From an uncultured delta proteobacterium (GTDB lineage: Bacteria; Desulfobacterota; Binatia; UBA9968): a stretch of 58,101 bases of DNA. How positions within the stretch are numbered: the first letter of the stretch is position 1; each line of letters starts with the position of its first letter. The notes beneath the pieces were generated by a model. That model was given only the letters and a program-made list of their open reading frames with translations. It was not told the origin of the DNA and made no database searches. The position numbers and the translations under genes are program-made. Location: positions 1-58,101 of the forward strand of contig CAWDPO010000018.1 in assembly GCA_963804165.1 (NCBI GenBank). The letters run 5' to 3'. Below are positions 19,821-30,490 of this stretch, piece after piece.

Positions 19821-21566
19821 TTATGCCATTGGTCGTGGCGGGATGATCGGGAGAAGGAGATATGCAGCGCGCTTGGGGCCGCTATGTAGCGCCGTCTTGC
19901 CCGCGAAAATCTCCAGCGGTCGGTCACGCGGGTCGTCATGAAGGAACGGCCCGCAGCCTTTCAGCTCGTTCTTGAAGCTAGCAATCCGTCCGCCACTTGG
20001 CCCCGGATACTCGTAATCTTTTCCGCGCACAGTGAGGCCGATCCGGTATCCGGTGGGCACCACGATGGAGGTCGGCCAGATCTCGACGTCAAGCTCGACG
20101 ATCTCACGCGGTTTTAGCGGCTGCTTCTCGTCGTGAGTGTGATACGGCCGGTAGGGCGTGCTCAACTCAGGATTGAGCTTGCGATGCGACGCTCGGAGCC
20201 AACCCTGACTGATGGGTGTATGGGGATCGATGGCGCCCTGGAACACGACCTCATTCCCTTCGGGAGAGAAGATGCGCAGCACGAGGAAGATGTCCGCGTC
20301 AGTCGTTGAAGATGAGACAAAGAGCCTAACCGCCGAAGGTCCCGTGATTTCGATCTCGCGCTCCAATGGTGGTGAAAGAAACGTGAGTCCGTCTCCAGTT
20401 GCGTCGAACTCGACGCACCCTTCGGCGGCGGGAATTGCGCTTAGACTTTGATCGGCAGGATTGAGATAGAGCTTCGTCCATCGAGTGCCAGCGATGGGCC
20501 ATTCGTTTTCCATGCGCTCGGCGAATCCTTCGATCGAACGAATCTGCAGTCGAACGCGCGGCTGGTTGACCCAGCCGTTGTCTATGCCTTTTAGAAAATA
20601 ATCGAAGAAGCGTTTCTGCAGCAGTCGCCCGTAATCCGTGTAGAAATGAGTCCAGTGCTCGAGGCCGTGCAGTTCGAGCCACTTCTGGTGTGATGCCGCG
20701 CGCACAAAGCCTTCAACATTTCCCCGCAAGTGTAGTCCTTGGCCGCCCCAATTCCCCGCGGAGAGAAATGGTATCGTCACCTTCGACCATACAGGCGAGC
20801 GGGCCTTGTGGTAATCGTCGTCGAGCGGATGGGCAAGGATTTCATTGCCGAGATCACAGCGATTTCCTGCCAGCTCTTTCCCCGAGAGCGTTTCGGATCC
20901 GCAGACAGGCACGCCGGTGACGCGGCTACGCGGGCCGCGCTCCCCTAGCCCATTCTGCACGGTCTTCACCTGCATGTCGTACCAGTTCGCCCAGAAGGTG
21001 CAGAGAATGCCGCCGTGGTGTGTCATGTCGCGGTACCAATCGGCGGCACCTTCCCAGATGCACATCGCCGCAAGGTGCGGCGGCTGAAGCGATGCCACGT
21101 GCCACTGGTTGATCGCATAATACGAGATGCCGTTGAGACCGACTTTTCCATTGCCCCACGGTTGGATACCTGCCCACTCGATGCAGTTGTAGAAATCTCT
21201 GGTCTCGCGCGGCGAGAAGTGGTCGATGTATCCTGGCGAGCAGCCGCAGCCGCGCGAGTCTACGCGGACACAGACGTAACCATCCGGCACCCACTTTTCC
21301 GGATCGACGACTTCTCAATTCTGATACTTGTTGCTTGAGCCTGCCGCCACGTCTGGGTGCTCTGCGGTCATGAACTGCCACTGGTTCGGGTAGCCATCCT
21401 GAAAGGCGAGCCCTTTCGCGTAGGGTCCGTAGCTGAGAATAACCGGGAATTTCCCGCCAGAGATCGGACGAAAGACGTCGGCGCGCAGGACCAGGCCGTC
21501 ATCCATCGTGATCGGCACGTTCCAGTCAATGCGCATGCCGTCGCGTGTTTCAGATCGATGCTGCAT
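19821..21566 (-). pseudogene. CocE/NonD (peptidase S15) hydrolase with an in-frame TGA at 21315-21317
   Basis: LRADVFRP, YGPYAK, VDSRG, nucleophile GISYYA, SQGWLRASHR. NKYQN*EVVDPE falls where W is expected (TGG>TGA; nonsense mutation or sequencing error). Confidence 0.85.
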
Positions 21567-21604
21567 CGCACCCTTCTAAGTTGGCATGCTTAATAACTGC
21601 CTAC

Positions 21605-22273
21605 TCAATCGACTTGAGCGAAGAAGCGAGCCGGCGCGCCTTCGGTTCCTTCGATTTTGTAAAACGGAGCATAGAATGGCACCCGCTGGCGAGGCAACGC
21701 TCCCAGGTTGGTAATCCCCTCCATGATCACGATTCCCGCACCGAGAATTACGCGGTGCATCGGGAAATCCTCCGAGGTGAAATCAGGGAGCCGTGCACAG
21801 TACTCTTCGAAGAAATCGAAGCCGATCGATTTGGGGCCTTTGGCCACCAGCCACTCGGCAGATTCCGGCGGGAAGAACGGCGACTGGGTGAAGTAGTCGG
21901 GCCACTGGCCGTACATCTTATCGGTCCAACCGGTGCGCAGAAGGGCGATGTCACCTTTTCTTACCTGGTCGGCTCCGCCGCGTTTGAGATCGTCGATGGT
22001 GATCTTATGATTGGCGTCAACAAACGAGAGATCGATCGTGATAGCCTCACCAATGACCTGATCCAAACTGATCTCGGCCGTGGTGATCCCGTCCTTGAAG
22101 ACGTGCAGCGGAGAATCGATGTGAGCCCCTGTGTGAAGCCCTTGATTGACACTCGAGACCTGCCAGAAGCCCGGCCCGCGCCGATGTGGCGTGATCTCCA
22201 CCCGGATGTTAGTTGAGGGAGGGCTCAGAGTATTGGTGTTCACAGCAACAGAAAGGTCTACGAGCCTAGCCAT
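21605..22273 (-). CDS. Cyclase / kynurenine formamidase family metallohydrolase
   Basis: HTGAHIDSPLH, LLRTGW, IMEGITNL, GTEGAPAR. Confidence 0.9.
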   Translation of the reverse strand: MARLVDLSVAVNTNTLSPPSTNIRVEITPHRRGPGFWQVSSVNQGLHTGAHIDSPLHVFKDGITTAEISLDQVIGEAITIDLSFVDANHKITIDDLKRGGADQVRKGDIALLRTGWTDKMYGQWPDYFTQSPFFPPESAEWLVAKGPKSIGFDFFEEYCARLPDFTSEDFPMHRVILGAGIVIMEGITNLGALPRQRVPFYAPFYKIEGTEGAPARFFAQVD

Positions 22274-22285
22274 CAACGCGCCTCC

Positions 22286-23519
22286 TTAACAATGCTTGCA
22301 GGACGGGTAGTCGCGGGAATAGACGGGATTCTTTAGATACTCCTCGGGCTTGTATGTCCAGAACTGCGAGACGTTTTGAAAAGTGTGAATCACGCTGTTC
22401 TGGAGCCGTCCTCCAACCCGCTCCACTTTCCGCACATAGATGTTCTGGATTGGGTTACCGTACTCGTCGAACCGAATCGGCCCTCGAGGAGTATCAGCGA
22501 GTTCTGCTTTGCGCAGGGCCCCCGCGAGCCGATCGGCATTCTCGGCTTCTCCGCTGATCGCTTCGAGCGCGCGCTTCAGCTGAAGCCCTCCCACGTATGT
22601 CCCCTCAGAGTAGTACGAGGGAATCTGCTTGAACCTTCCCTCGTAGGCCTGGGCGAACTTGCGATTTCCTGGAGTCGTCAGAGCCGCGGAATAGTGGAGC
22701 GCTGTGACGATGCCAAGGACCTCATCGCCCATCGTTCGAAGCACGTGCTCGTCAGTGAATGTCCCGCCTCCGATGAGTGGAATGCGCGCCTTGAGTCCGG
22801 TCTTCGTACTGCTTGGCAAAGCGCAGCGCGTCAGCCCCGGAGAAGACGGCGTAGACTGCGTCTACGTCGCGCTTGAGCTGGGCGAGATAGGGGCCGAAGT
22901 CTGAAGTGCCCAGGGGTGACCAGAGTTTTTGGACCACCTGACCTCCGGCCTCTTCGAACATGCGTTGGAATCCTCCTGCCACCTCCCAGCCAAAGGCGAA
23001 GTCGAAGCCGATCATGGCAATCCGGCGGTACTTGAGATTGTCATAAGCCCATTTACCGAACGGATGAGACGGCTGAGTACTCGCCCAACCGGTGCGGGTG
23101 ATGTAAGGGGTCCGCTTCCGCTGAGTGATATCCTCGCCCGAGACGATAGGATAAATGGCCGGGAACTTTTTGCTTTCGATGTAGTCGCGCAGAGCGTAAC
23201 CGACCGCGGCTGACAGCGGTCCCATGAGAACGTGAACTCCCTGGCCCTCTACCATCCCTCGCAGTTTGGTGAGACCAGTGGCCGGCTTTGATTCATCGTC
23301 CTCGATGAGAACCTTCACTTCCCGACCTGCTAGCTTTCCACCTTGCTCGTCCAGAAAGAGTTGAAAGCCGTTGACCATATCCTTGCCGTTGGCCGCTTGC
23401 GGCCCGGTGACGGGAAGCAGAAGACCAACTGTTATGGGTCCCTTTTGTGCCTCCGCCAGCGGGATACCCAGAAGAGAGATCACAGACAGAGCGATGGTGA
23501 CGATAAGTCCCTTACGCAT
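22286..23519 (-). CDS. Branched-chain amino acid-type ABC substrate-binding protein (frameshift near 22800)
   Basis: GLLLPVTGP, IEDDESKP, DFAFGWE, TPRGPIRFD; split over ORFs 22752..23519 and 22286..22819. Confidence 0.85.
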
Positions 23520-23534
23520 ACAAATCCTCCTTTC

Positions 23535-23721
23535 AGTTTCTGCTAAAAAACCAGCCCTTCATGCTTCGACACTTCGACTTGGCTCAGTGCAGGCTCCCTC
23601 GACTGGGCCTTTGGTCCCGAGCTCGTCGAGGGCTCAGCATAAACGAAAATTTTCAACGCTATCCCGGTAATTCCCGTTCGCCTTGCGTTGTCGAAGGAGA
23701 ACGAGTTTTTCAGGAAATCCT
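23535..23721. repeat. MITE/REP-like palindromic element, copy 2, with nested CTTCGAC..GGCTCAG units
   Basis: CTGCTAAAAAA...TTTTTCAGG ends and TCGAC/GTCGA arms, as in 7330-7481. Confidence 0.6.
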
Positions 23722-24627
23722 TTCAGTCTTTTTTTCTGATGGACGATCCTTTTCCAATCCGGCAAGCAATTCCCAGGTGGTCACGATGGCAGCCAGATCT
23801 TCCTCGCCTCGTCCCGCCGCGGCGGTGGCGGTGGTCAGCTGCTGCGTGACGCTTGTCAGGGGCAGCGGAACTCCGAGGCGAAGCCCTTCCTCCAACATGA
23901 GCTTAAAGTCTTTCAAGAAAAGATCGATCTTCATCTGCGGATCGAAGCGGTGGCTCGCCATGAGCGGGCCGCGCACGTCGACCATCTTGGACGCCCCAGC
24001 ACTCTCTTTGAGAATTTCAACCAGCACGCCAGGTGCCAAACCTCCTTTTGCGCCGAGGACGAGCGCCTCTGCAAGCGCGGCCGTGTTGAGCCCGACCAGT
24101 AGGTTCGTCGCGAGCTTCGCGAGGGAAGCCATGCCGGCATCGCCCACATAGTGAGTTTTCTTTGCAATCACGTCGAAGATAGGTTGGCAGGCCTCTGCCC
24201 GCGAGCGGTCACCGGCAACAAAGATCGCGCAGTCACCGCGCTCGACCATCGCGCTGGTCCCACTCATCGGTGCATCGAGAAACCCAAGCGATTTGGCCAC
24301 CGCGGCATTGCCGAGACGGCGAGTCAGATTTGGAGAGATGGTGCTCATCTGGATCACAGTGCAGTTGCGCGGCGCGCTCTCGATCAAGCCCCCCGTGCCG
24401 AGGATTGCGGCCTCGACGCTCTCAAGCGACGGCAGGATTGTGAAGACGGCGTCAGCTTCTACTGCGGCCTCGGCAATGCTCGCGGCTGCGATCAATCCCT
24501 GGGCCTGGAGTGATTTAATTTGTTCCGGGCGGGTGTCATAGCCTTTCACTTCAAATTTTTCTTGGAGAAGACGGGTAGCTACCGCGCTGCCGAGGAGCCC
24601 AACTCCGATGATGCCGATTCGTTTCAT
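23710..24627 (-). CDS. NAD(P)-dependent oxidoreductase, 3-hydroxyisobutyrate dehydrogenase family
   Basis: IGIIGVGLLG, MSTISP, FLDAPMSG, KLATN, KDF. Confidence 0.9.
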   Translation of the reverse strand: MKRIGIIGVGLLGSAVATRLLQEKFEVKGYDTRPEQIKSLQAQGLIAAASIAEAAVEADAVFTILPSLESVEAAILGTGGLIESAPRNCTVIQMSTISPNLTRRLGNAAVAKSLGFLDAPMSGTSAMVERGDCAIFVAGDRSRAEACQPIFDVIAKKTHYVGDAGMASLAKLATNLLVGLNTAALAEALVLGAKGGLAPGVLVEILKESAGASKMVDVRGPLMASHRFDPQMKIDLFLKDFKLMLEEGLRLGVPLPLTSVTQQLTTATAAAGRGEEDLAAIVTTWELLAGLEKDRPSEKKTERIS

Positions 24628-24650
24628 CTAGGCACTCTTCCTTAAAAATT

Positions 24651-25343
24651 CTAAAGGCCGAGATACTTGCTCTTAATCTCCTCGTTTTCCCAGAGCGCCT
24701 GCGGCGAGCAGGAGTGCACGATCCGGCCGCGCGAGAGCACGTGAACATAGTCAGACACGCGCAGCGCGAGTGGCAGATTCTGCTCTACGAGCAAGATCGA
24801 CAACCCTTGAGATTTCAGATTCTCAATGACGCGACCGACCTCGCGAACCAAGAGCGGCGCCAGCCCCTCGGTCGGCTCATCCATTAATAATAGCTCGGGA
24901 TTCGTCATGAGCGCGCGTGCGATCGCCAGCATCTGTTGCTCGCCGCCTGAAAGCTTGCCTGCCCGAATCGCACGACGCTCACGAAGACGCGGGAAGAGCT
25001 CCATCACACGCTCGAGATTCCATTGGCCGCCGTTCCGTTTATCAGCAACCGTGAGATTCTCGAAAACGCTGAGGGAGGGAAAGACCCGGCGACCCTGAGG
25101 CACCAAGCCGAGACCAAAATTGATCGCACGGTTCGAGGACCATGCGGTGATATCGTGATCCTTGAAGAGTACCTGTCCGCGGCGTGGCGGAGTAAAGCCG
25201 ACGATGGAACGGATCAGCGTTGTCTTGCCCATGCCGTTCCGTCCGAGAAGCCCCACCACCTTCCCCTTCTCCACCTCGAAAGATATCCCCTGGAGGATGT
25301 GGCTGTCACCATAATAGGTGTGAATATCGTGCACCTTCAACAT
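24651..25343 (-). CDS. livF: Branched-chain ABC ATP-binding protein
   Basis: GRNGMGKT, LSGGEQQM, LMDEPTEGLAP. Confidence 0.9.
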   Translation of the reverse strand: MLKVHDIHTYYGDSHILQGISFEVEKGKVVGLLGRNGMGKTTLIRSIVGFTPPRRGQVLFKDHDITAWSSNRAINFGLGLVPQGRRVFPSLSVFENLTVADKRNGGQWNLERVMELFPRLRERRAIRAGKLSGGEQQMLAIARALMTNPELLLMDEPTEGLAPLLVREVGRVIENLKSQGLSILLVEQNLPLALRVSDYVHVLSRGRIVHSCSPQALWENEEIKSKYLGL

Positions 25344-25500
25344 GGTGCCGTGCCGATAAGCTTCGTATCTCATCGTTCTCGGTCGTCGGGACTCCTCGAC
25401 GTACAACCGCGTACCCCTCCGGATCCCTCCTCCCTCGGGCCTCGATCTACTTGCTTCTCGCCACGGCACAGAGATGCTGTCACTCTACGTCTGTTCAACA

Positions 25501-26268
25501 TCACGCAGTCTCCATGGCGGCTCCGAGATAGATCTCTTGCACGACCGCGTTGGACTTCACCTCCTGACCGACGCCGTCGGCGATGACTTTACCGTAGTGC
25601 AGCACAGTGATTCGATTGGTCAGCTCGAACGCGACATCCATGTCGTGCTCGATTACGAGCAGGGTAATGGCGGGATCGAGCTTTTTGAGAAGGGCGACCA
25701 TCATGTGGGACTCGGCCGGCGATAGTCCGGCGGTAGGCTCATCCAACAAAAGGACTTTCGGCGCTCCCGCCAGCGCCAGCGCGATCTCAAGCTGGCGCTG
25801 CTCGCCGTGAGAAAGATTGCGGACAACCTCGTTCTCCTGTGCCCGAAGCCCCACGGCTCCCAGGGCAGAGCGAGCCTGATCAATATGATCAGTATAGCGG
25901 GATAGCGCGCGGTGAAGATGGAGCTTGGCAGCGGTTAGAGCTTGAACTGCGAGCAGAGAGTTCTCCAAAACGGTCAGGCGAGGGAAGAGATTGGTGATCT
26001 GATACGTCCGGGCGAGCCCCAGTGCAGCGCGCCGATGAGGCGGCAAGCGCGTCACGTCTCGACCGAAGAGATGAATTCTCCCTTCCGTCGGCTTGGTTTC
26101 TCCGCTGATCAGGCTGAAGAGCGTCGTCTTTCCGGCGCCGTTCGGCCCAATGATGGCTCGGCGCTCGCCGGGCGCGACGGCCAGGCTCACACCATCCACC
26201 GCGTGAAGGCCGTCGAAGGCTTTCGAGACGGTGGAAAGGCTCAGTGCAAGTGTGGACGACTCGGGCAT
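25501..26268 (-). CDS. livG: Branched-chain ABC ATP-binding protein
   Basis: GPNGAGKT, LSHGEQR, LLDEPTAG, IEHDM. Confidence 0.9.
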   Translation of the reverse strand: MPESSTLALSLSTVSKAFDGLHAVDGVSLAVAPGERRAIIGPNGAGKTTLFSLISGETKPTEGRIHLFGRDVTRLPPHRRAALGLARTYQITNLFPRLTVLENSLLAVQALTAAKLHLHRALSRYTDHIDQARSALGAVGLRAQENEVVRNLSHGEQRQLEIALALAGAPKVLLLDEPTAGLSPAESHMMVALLKKLDPAITLLVIEHDMDVAFELTNRITVLHYGKVIADGVGQEVKSNAVVQEIYLGAAMETA

Positions 26269-26363
26269 ACTTTAAGTTTTCTCACTCATGCCGCGCGACG
26301 AGCGCGGACGTGAGCAGTGAAGGGTAAAGCGTTGGGACAGCACTCCCCTGTCTTACGCCTTGC

Positions 26364-27604
26364 TTAACAATACTTGCATGCTGGATAGTTCCGGTCGTAG
26401 ACGGGTTGTTTGAGAAATTCCTCCGGCTTGTACTTCCAAAACTGAGAGACCCCTGGAAAGGTGTGGATCACTGTGTTCCAGAGCTACCGTCTTTCTTCTC
26501 CACTTTCCGGACATAGATGTTCTGGATCGGGTTGCCGTAAGCGTCCAGTTTGATCGCCCCTCGCGGCGCGTCGGGGATTTCCACCTTTCGGAGCGCGGCG
26601 AGAAATTTTTCCTTGTCCTCGACGTTTCTCCCCACAGTTTTGGCGGCCTCGTTGATCCAGCGCGCCGCTGTGTAGCAGGTTTCTGGGTAGTAGGAGGGAA
26701 CCTTGCCGTACTTCGTCCTATACTCTTTGACGAATCGCTTATTCACCGGCGTGTCGATCGCGGCGCTGTAGATGAGTGGCGTGATCGCCCCAATGGCCTC
26801 GTCGCCCAGCGAAGGAAGGACGAACTCGTCGAGCGTTGTACCGCCGCCAATGAGTGGCAACCGGGCTTTTAGCCCAGCGTCTTGGTATTGCTTGGGGAAC
26901 CTGAGCGCTGACGCCGCGACCATCACCGCGAAGACGGCGTCGGCGTCACGCTTGATCTGGGCCAGGAATGGGCCAAAGTCGGTGGTGCCGAGGGGTGGCC
27001 ACAGTTTTTGGACGAGCTGACCGCCGGCTTCTTCGAAGGTCCTTTGAAAGCCGCCAACCTGTTCCCAGCCAAACGCATAGTCCATCGCGATCGTCACGAT
27101 CCTCTTATAGCCAAGCGTCTTCACAGCGTACTCCCCGAACGGTTGGTTGGGCTGGCTTGAGGTCCAACCGGTTCGGACCAACCACTTGACCGGCTTGCGC
27201 TGCGTGAGGTCATCAGCCGACACCACGGGAAAAAGGGTGGGAATCCTATACTCATCTACCTTCGGCGCCAGCGCGTAGCCCTCGCTGGCGAGGAACGCGC
27301 CGGCCACGACCTGCACGTTGTCACTCTCCACCAGCTTGCGAAGTTTCGTTAGGGCTTGGGCCGGGTCTCCCTGAGTGTCCTCGATAATCACCTCCACCTT
27401 CCGTCCGGCGATCTGATAGCCGATCTCCTCGAGGTACATAGAGAAAGCGTTGGTCATGTCCTTTCCGACTGCGGCACCGCCACCAGTGACCGGAGCGAGG
27501 AATCCGATCTTGATCGGCCCTTTCTGTGCCGCCCATCCTAGGTTCGGTGCGGTTAGAACCAGAGTCACGATTGCTAGAAGCGCGACGATGAGTCGCTTCT
27601 TCAT
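26364..27604 (-). CDS. Branched-chain amino acid-type ABC substrate-binding protein (frameshift near 26480)
   Basis: MKKRLIV signal peptide after AGGAGG; paralog of 22286-23519; C-terminus YPACKYC*. Confidence 0.88.
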
Positions 27605-27660
27605 ACGATCCTCCTTTTGTTCTCCCGGTTGATCTTCAGGCCTCAGAACGCAACCGGCCG

Positions 27661-28608
27661 CTAGTTGCCCCGCCGCGTCCACTGCCTTACGGCTCCCACG
27701 ATGCCTTCGGGGGCATAAACGATCGTGCCGATGTAGACGACGCCAAGAATTAAAACCCAGCGATGGGTATAAACCGAGACGAGGTTCTTGAGAAAAACGA
27801 TGATGCTCGCTCCCAGCGCGGGTCCGAGCAGCGTTGCGCGGCCGCCCAAGGCGACCATGAGAAGCGCCTCCACCGAGGTCGCGAGCTGAAGATCCGTCGG
27901 GCCGACAAAGCCATTGTAGTAGGCCCACAGCACTCCGGCGAAGCCAGCGAAACCGCCCGCAATCACAAAGCCGATGTACTTATGAAGCCACACATGGTAG
28001 CCGAGAGTTCTCATGCGGGATTCGCTTTCTCTGATTCCCACGAGGCTGCGCCCGAACGGCGAGCGAACAATCACGCGAAGAATCCAGAAGGCGATGACAA
28101 ATCCTGCGAGCGCGAAGTAGTAAAAAGGTATGGAATGCGCAAGCGACCACGGCAGGCCAAGGTCCGGGCGAGGAATTGCGGAAATCCCGTTGTCACCTTG
28201 GGTCATCGTCACCCATCGATGGGCAAGTCCCCAAACGACCATGCCAAGGGCGAGCGTGATCATGAGGAAGTAGACACCTGTGGCGCGCAATGCCACCAAA
28301 CCGAAGATCGCGGCAACCGCCACGGCGAGCAAAACCCCGACCGGCAGCGTGATCCAAAAGCCGGCTCCGTGTCTCGTGGCCAGGATGCCCACGCTGTAGG
28401 CCCCAACGCCGAAGTACGCCGCATGCCCGAGCGAGGCCAAACCCGCATAGCCGAGGATGATGTCGAGACTCATAGCGAGAATTGCATAGATCAACGCCTG
28501 GGTCAGCAACGTGAGCAGGAACGAGGAGAGCAACGGCGGCGAGATGAGCAAAAGGAGAAAAATAATTGCGACCACCACACGCTGCCCGGAGAACAGAGCT
28601 GGACTCAT
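27661..28608 (-). CDS. livM: Branched-chain ABC permease
   Basis: GYAGLASLGHAAYFG, GVYFLMITLA, SPFGRSL.GIRE. Confidence 0.9.
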   Translation of the reverse strand: MSPALFSGQRVVVAIIFLLLLISPPLLSSFLLTLLTQALIYAILAMSLDIILGYAGLASLGHAAYFGVGAYSVGILATRHGAGFWITLPVGVLLAVAVAAIFGLVALRATGVYFLMITLALGMVVWGLAHRWVTMTQGDNGISAIPRPDLGLPWSLAHSIPFYYFALAGFVIAFWILRVIVRSPFGRSLVGIRESESRMRTLGYHVWLHKYIGFVIAGGFAGFAGVLWAYYNGFVGPTDLQLATSVEALLMVALGGRATLLGPALGASIIVFLKNLVSVYTHRWVLILGVVYIGTIVYAPEGIVGAVRQWTRRGN

Positions 28609-29462
28609 CATGCGCGACCATAGAGTCCGGTAGGCCGCACCGCCAGGATCGCGGCCATCGGAGCGAAAAGCGTAAAGTACGACAGTTCGGGGAAGAGCGC
28701 TTTGCCGAAGTTATCGAGGAGTCCGACGAGCAGGCTTCCAATCATAGCCCCCTTGAGGCTTCCCATGCCTCCAACGATGACCACCACGAACGCGTAGGGA
28801 AGGATCTCGAAGTCGGCGCCTGGATAGACTCCTACGAATCCTCCGGCAACGACTCCCGCCACAGCTGCCAGGAAAGCGCCGAGCGCAAACACCACCATCG
28901 AAATCCCGTGAACGTTGATCCCGACCCCACGCGCCATCTCCGGGTCATCCACCGTCGCGCGCATCATCGCTCCAACCCGTGTTTGCTCCAGGACCAACCA
29001 GAGGATCAAGGCCACAATTACGGCCACAGCAATGATAAAGATCCGATAGACGGGAAAATAAAGACCACCCATCTGATATGCGCCGGAGAGTACCGCCGGA
29101 GCCGGAATCGTGTAAGGATCACCGCCCCAAATGATCAGGGCGAGATCCTGGAAGATCAGGGCGAAACCCATCGTGGTGAGCACCTGTCCGAGCTCCTGAC
29201 CGCTGAGCCGTTTGAGAAAAGCGTTCCACTCGCACACGCCTATGAGAGCAATGGCTAGTGCCCCTGCGAGGATTGCCAAAGCGAAACTTCCGGTCCGCCA
29301 GATGACGGTGAGCCCGACGTACCCTCCCAGCAAGTAGTAAGAGCCGTGCGTCATGTTGACGATCCGCATCATCCCGAAAATGAGGGAGAGCCCTCCCGCA
29401 AGAAGGAAGAGAAGCGCGCCGTATGAGATACCATTGAATGCCTGCGTCACCCAGAATTCCAT
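28608..29462 (-). CDS. livH: Branched-chain ABC permease
   Basis: GLSLIFGMMRIVNMTHG, VVVIVGGMGS, RPTGLYG. Confidence 0.9.
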   Translation of the reverse strand: MEFWVTQAFNGISYGALLFLLAGGLSLIFGMMRIVNMTHGSYYLLGGYVGLTVIWRTGSFALAILAGALAIALIGVCEWNAFLKRLSGQELGQVLTTMGFALIFQDLALIIWGGDPYTIPAPAVLSGAYQMGGLYFPVYRIFIIAVAVIVALILWLVLEQTRVGAMMRATVDDPEMARGVGINVHGISMVVFALGAFLAAVAGVVAGGFVGVYPGADFEILPYAFVVVIVGGMGSLKGAMIGSLLVGLLDNFGKALFPELSYFTLFAPMAAILAVRPTGLYGRA

Positions 29463-29550
29463 GGCTCCTTTCGGCTACCACTCACTGCTTGCTCTTGTCA
29501 ATTGGCTCGTGCGTCGCATAGCATGACTCGAATTTTCAAGGAGGAGCATC

Positions 29551-30423
29551 ATGGCTTTCCCGCGCGACCAGATTCTTTACTCAGCGATCATCGATCGTCC
29601 GGCACTTCGTCTGCCAAAATCTGCTCGGGTCGTGGTATGGACCATCGTCAACGTAGAGGAATGGGACATTCAAGGTCCGATGCCGCGCACCGTGCTGCCG
29701 CCGCCGAGCGGAGTTCAGGTCATTCCTGACGTTCCTAACTTCGCCTGGTTTGAATATGGAATGCGCGTGGGTTTCTGGCGTCTGAAGTCAGTCCTCGACA
29801 AGCACAAGATCAAAGCAACCTTAGCGATCAACGCCTCGGTTTGCCTTTCTTATCCGAGAATCGCCGAAGCTTCGCGAGAGGCGGGCTGGGAGTTCATGGG
29901 ACACGGCTACATCCAAAAGCCTATGCATCAGCTAAAAGATCAACGCGATGCGATCCGCAAATCTGTCGAAGTGATTCGCAAGTTTATCGGAAAGGAACCG
30001 TCAGGATGGCTCGGCCCAGGGCTCACCGAAACCGAAGAGACTCTCGATTTTTTGGCTGAGGCCGGATTGCAATACGTCGCCGACTGGGTCAACGACGACC
30101 AACCCTACGAGATCAAGACGGCACATGGCCCGCTCGTTTCGCTCCCGTATTCTGTGGAGCTGAATGACATCCCGATGATGATTCTTCAGCACCACGAGGC
30201 GGAAGAATTTTTTCGCCGAGCCAAGGACCAGTTCGAGACTCTCTATGCCGAAGGAGCGAAAAGCGCTCGCGTGATGGCTATCGCGGTCCATCCGTATATC
30301 AGCGGAGTGCCGCATCGAATTAAATACTTCGAAAAGACTCTTGGTTATTTGAAAAAGCAGAAGGGTGTGCTCTTCTGGACGGGTGAAGAGATCCTGGAGT
30401 GGTACCGAGCGAGCCGAAGGTGA
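29551..30423 (+). CDS. Polysaccharide deacetylase family, PuuE allantoinase-like
   Basis: VNVEEW, EYGMRVGFWR, EFMGHG, GWLGPG, DDQPY, IAVHPY. Confidence 0.88.
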   Translation: MAFPRDQILYSAIIDRPALRLPKSARVVVWTIVNVEEWDIQGPMPRTVLPPPSGVQVIPDVPNFAWFEYGMRVGFWRLKSVLDKHKIKATLAINASVCLSYPRIAEASREAGWEFMGHGYIQKPMHQLKDQRDAIRKSVEVIRKFIGKEPSGWLGPGLTETEETLDFLAEAGLQYVADWVNDDQPYEIKTAHGPLVSLPYSVELNDIPMMILQHHEAEEFFRRAKDQFETLYAEGAKSARVMAIAVHPYISGVPHRIKYFEKTLGYLKKQKGVLFWTGEEILEWYRASRR

Positions 30424-30490
30424 CGGGTGGCGACTTGAACGGTTTGAACCGCTTCCAGAACGCTAAAATGGTTCAACACGGTGCGCATGA

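Noticed and set aside
21315-21317. In-frame TGA in the CocE/NonD gene as selenocysteine
   Set aside because: The context NKYQN*EVVDPE corresponds, from recalled family sequence, to Trp (TGG>TGA) rather than Cys, and no comparable hairpin was seen.
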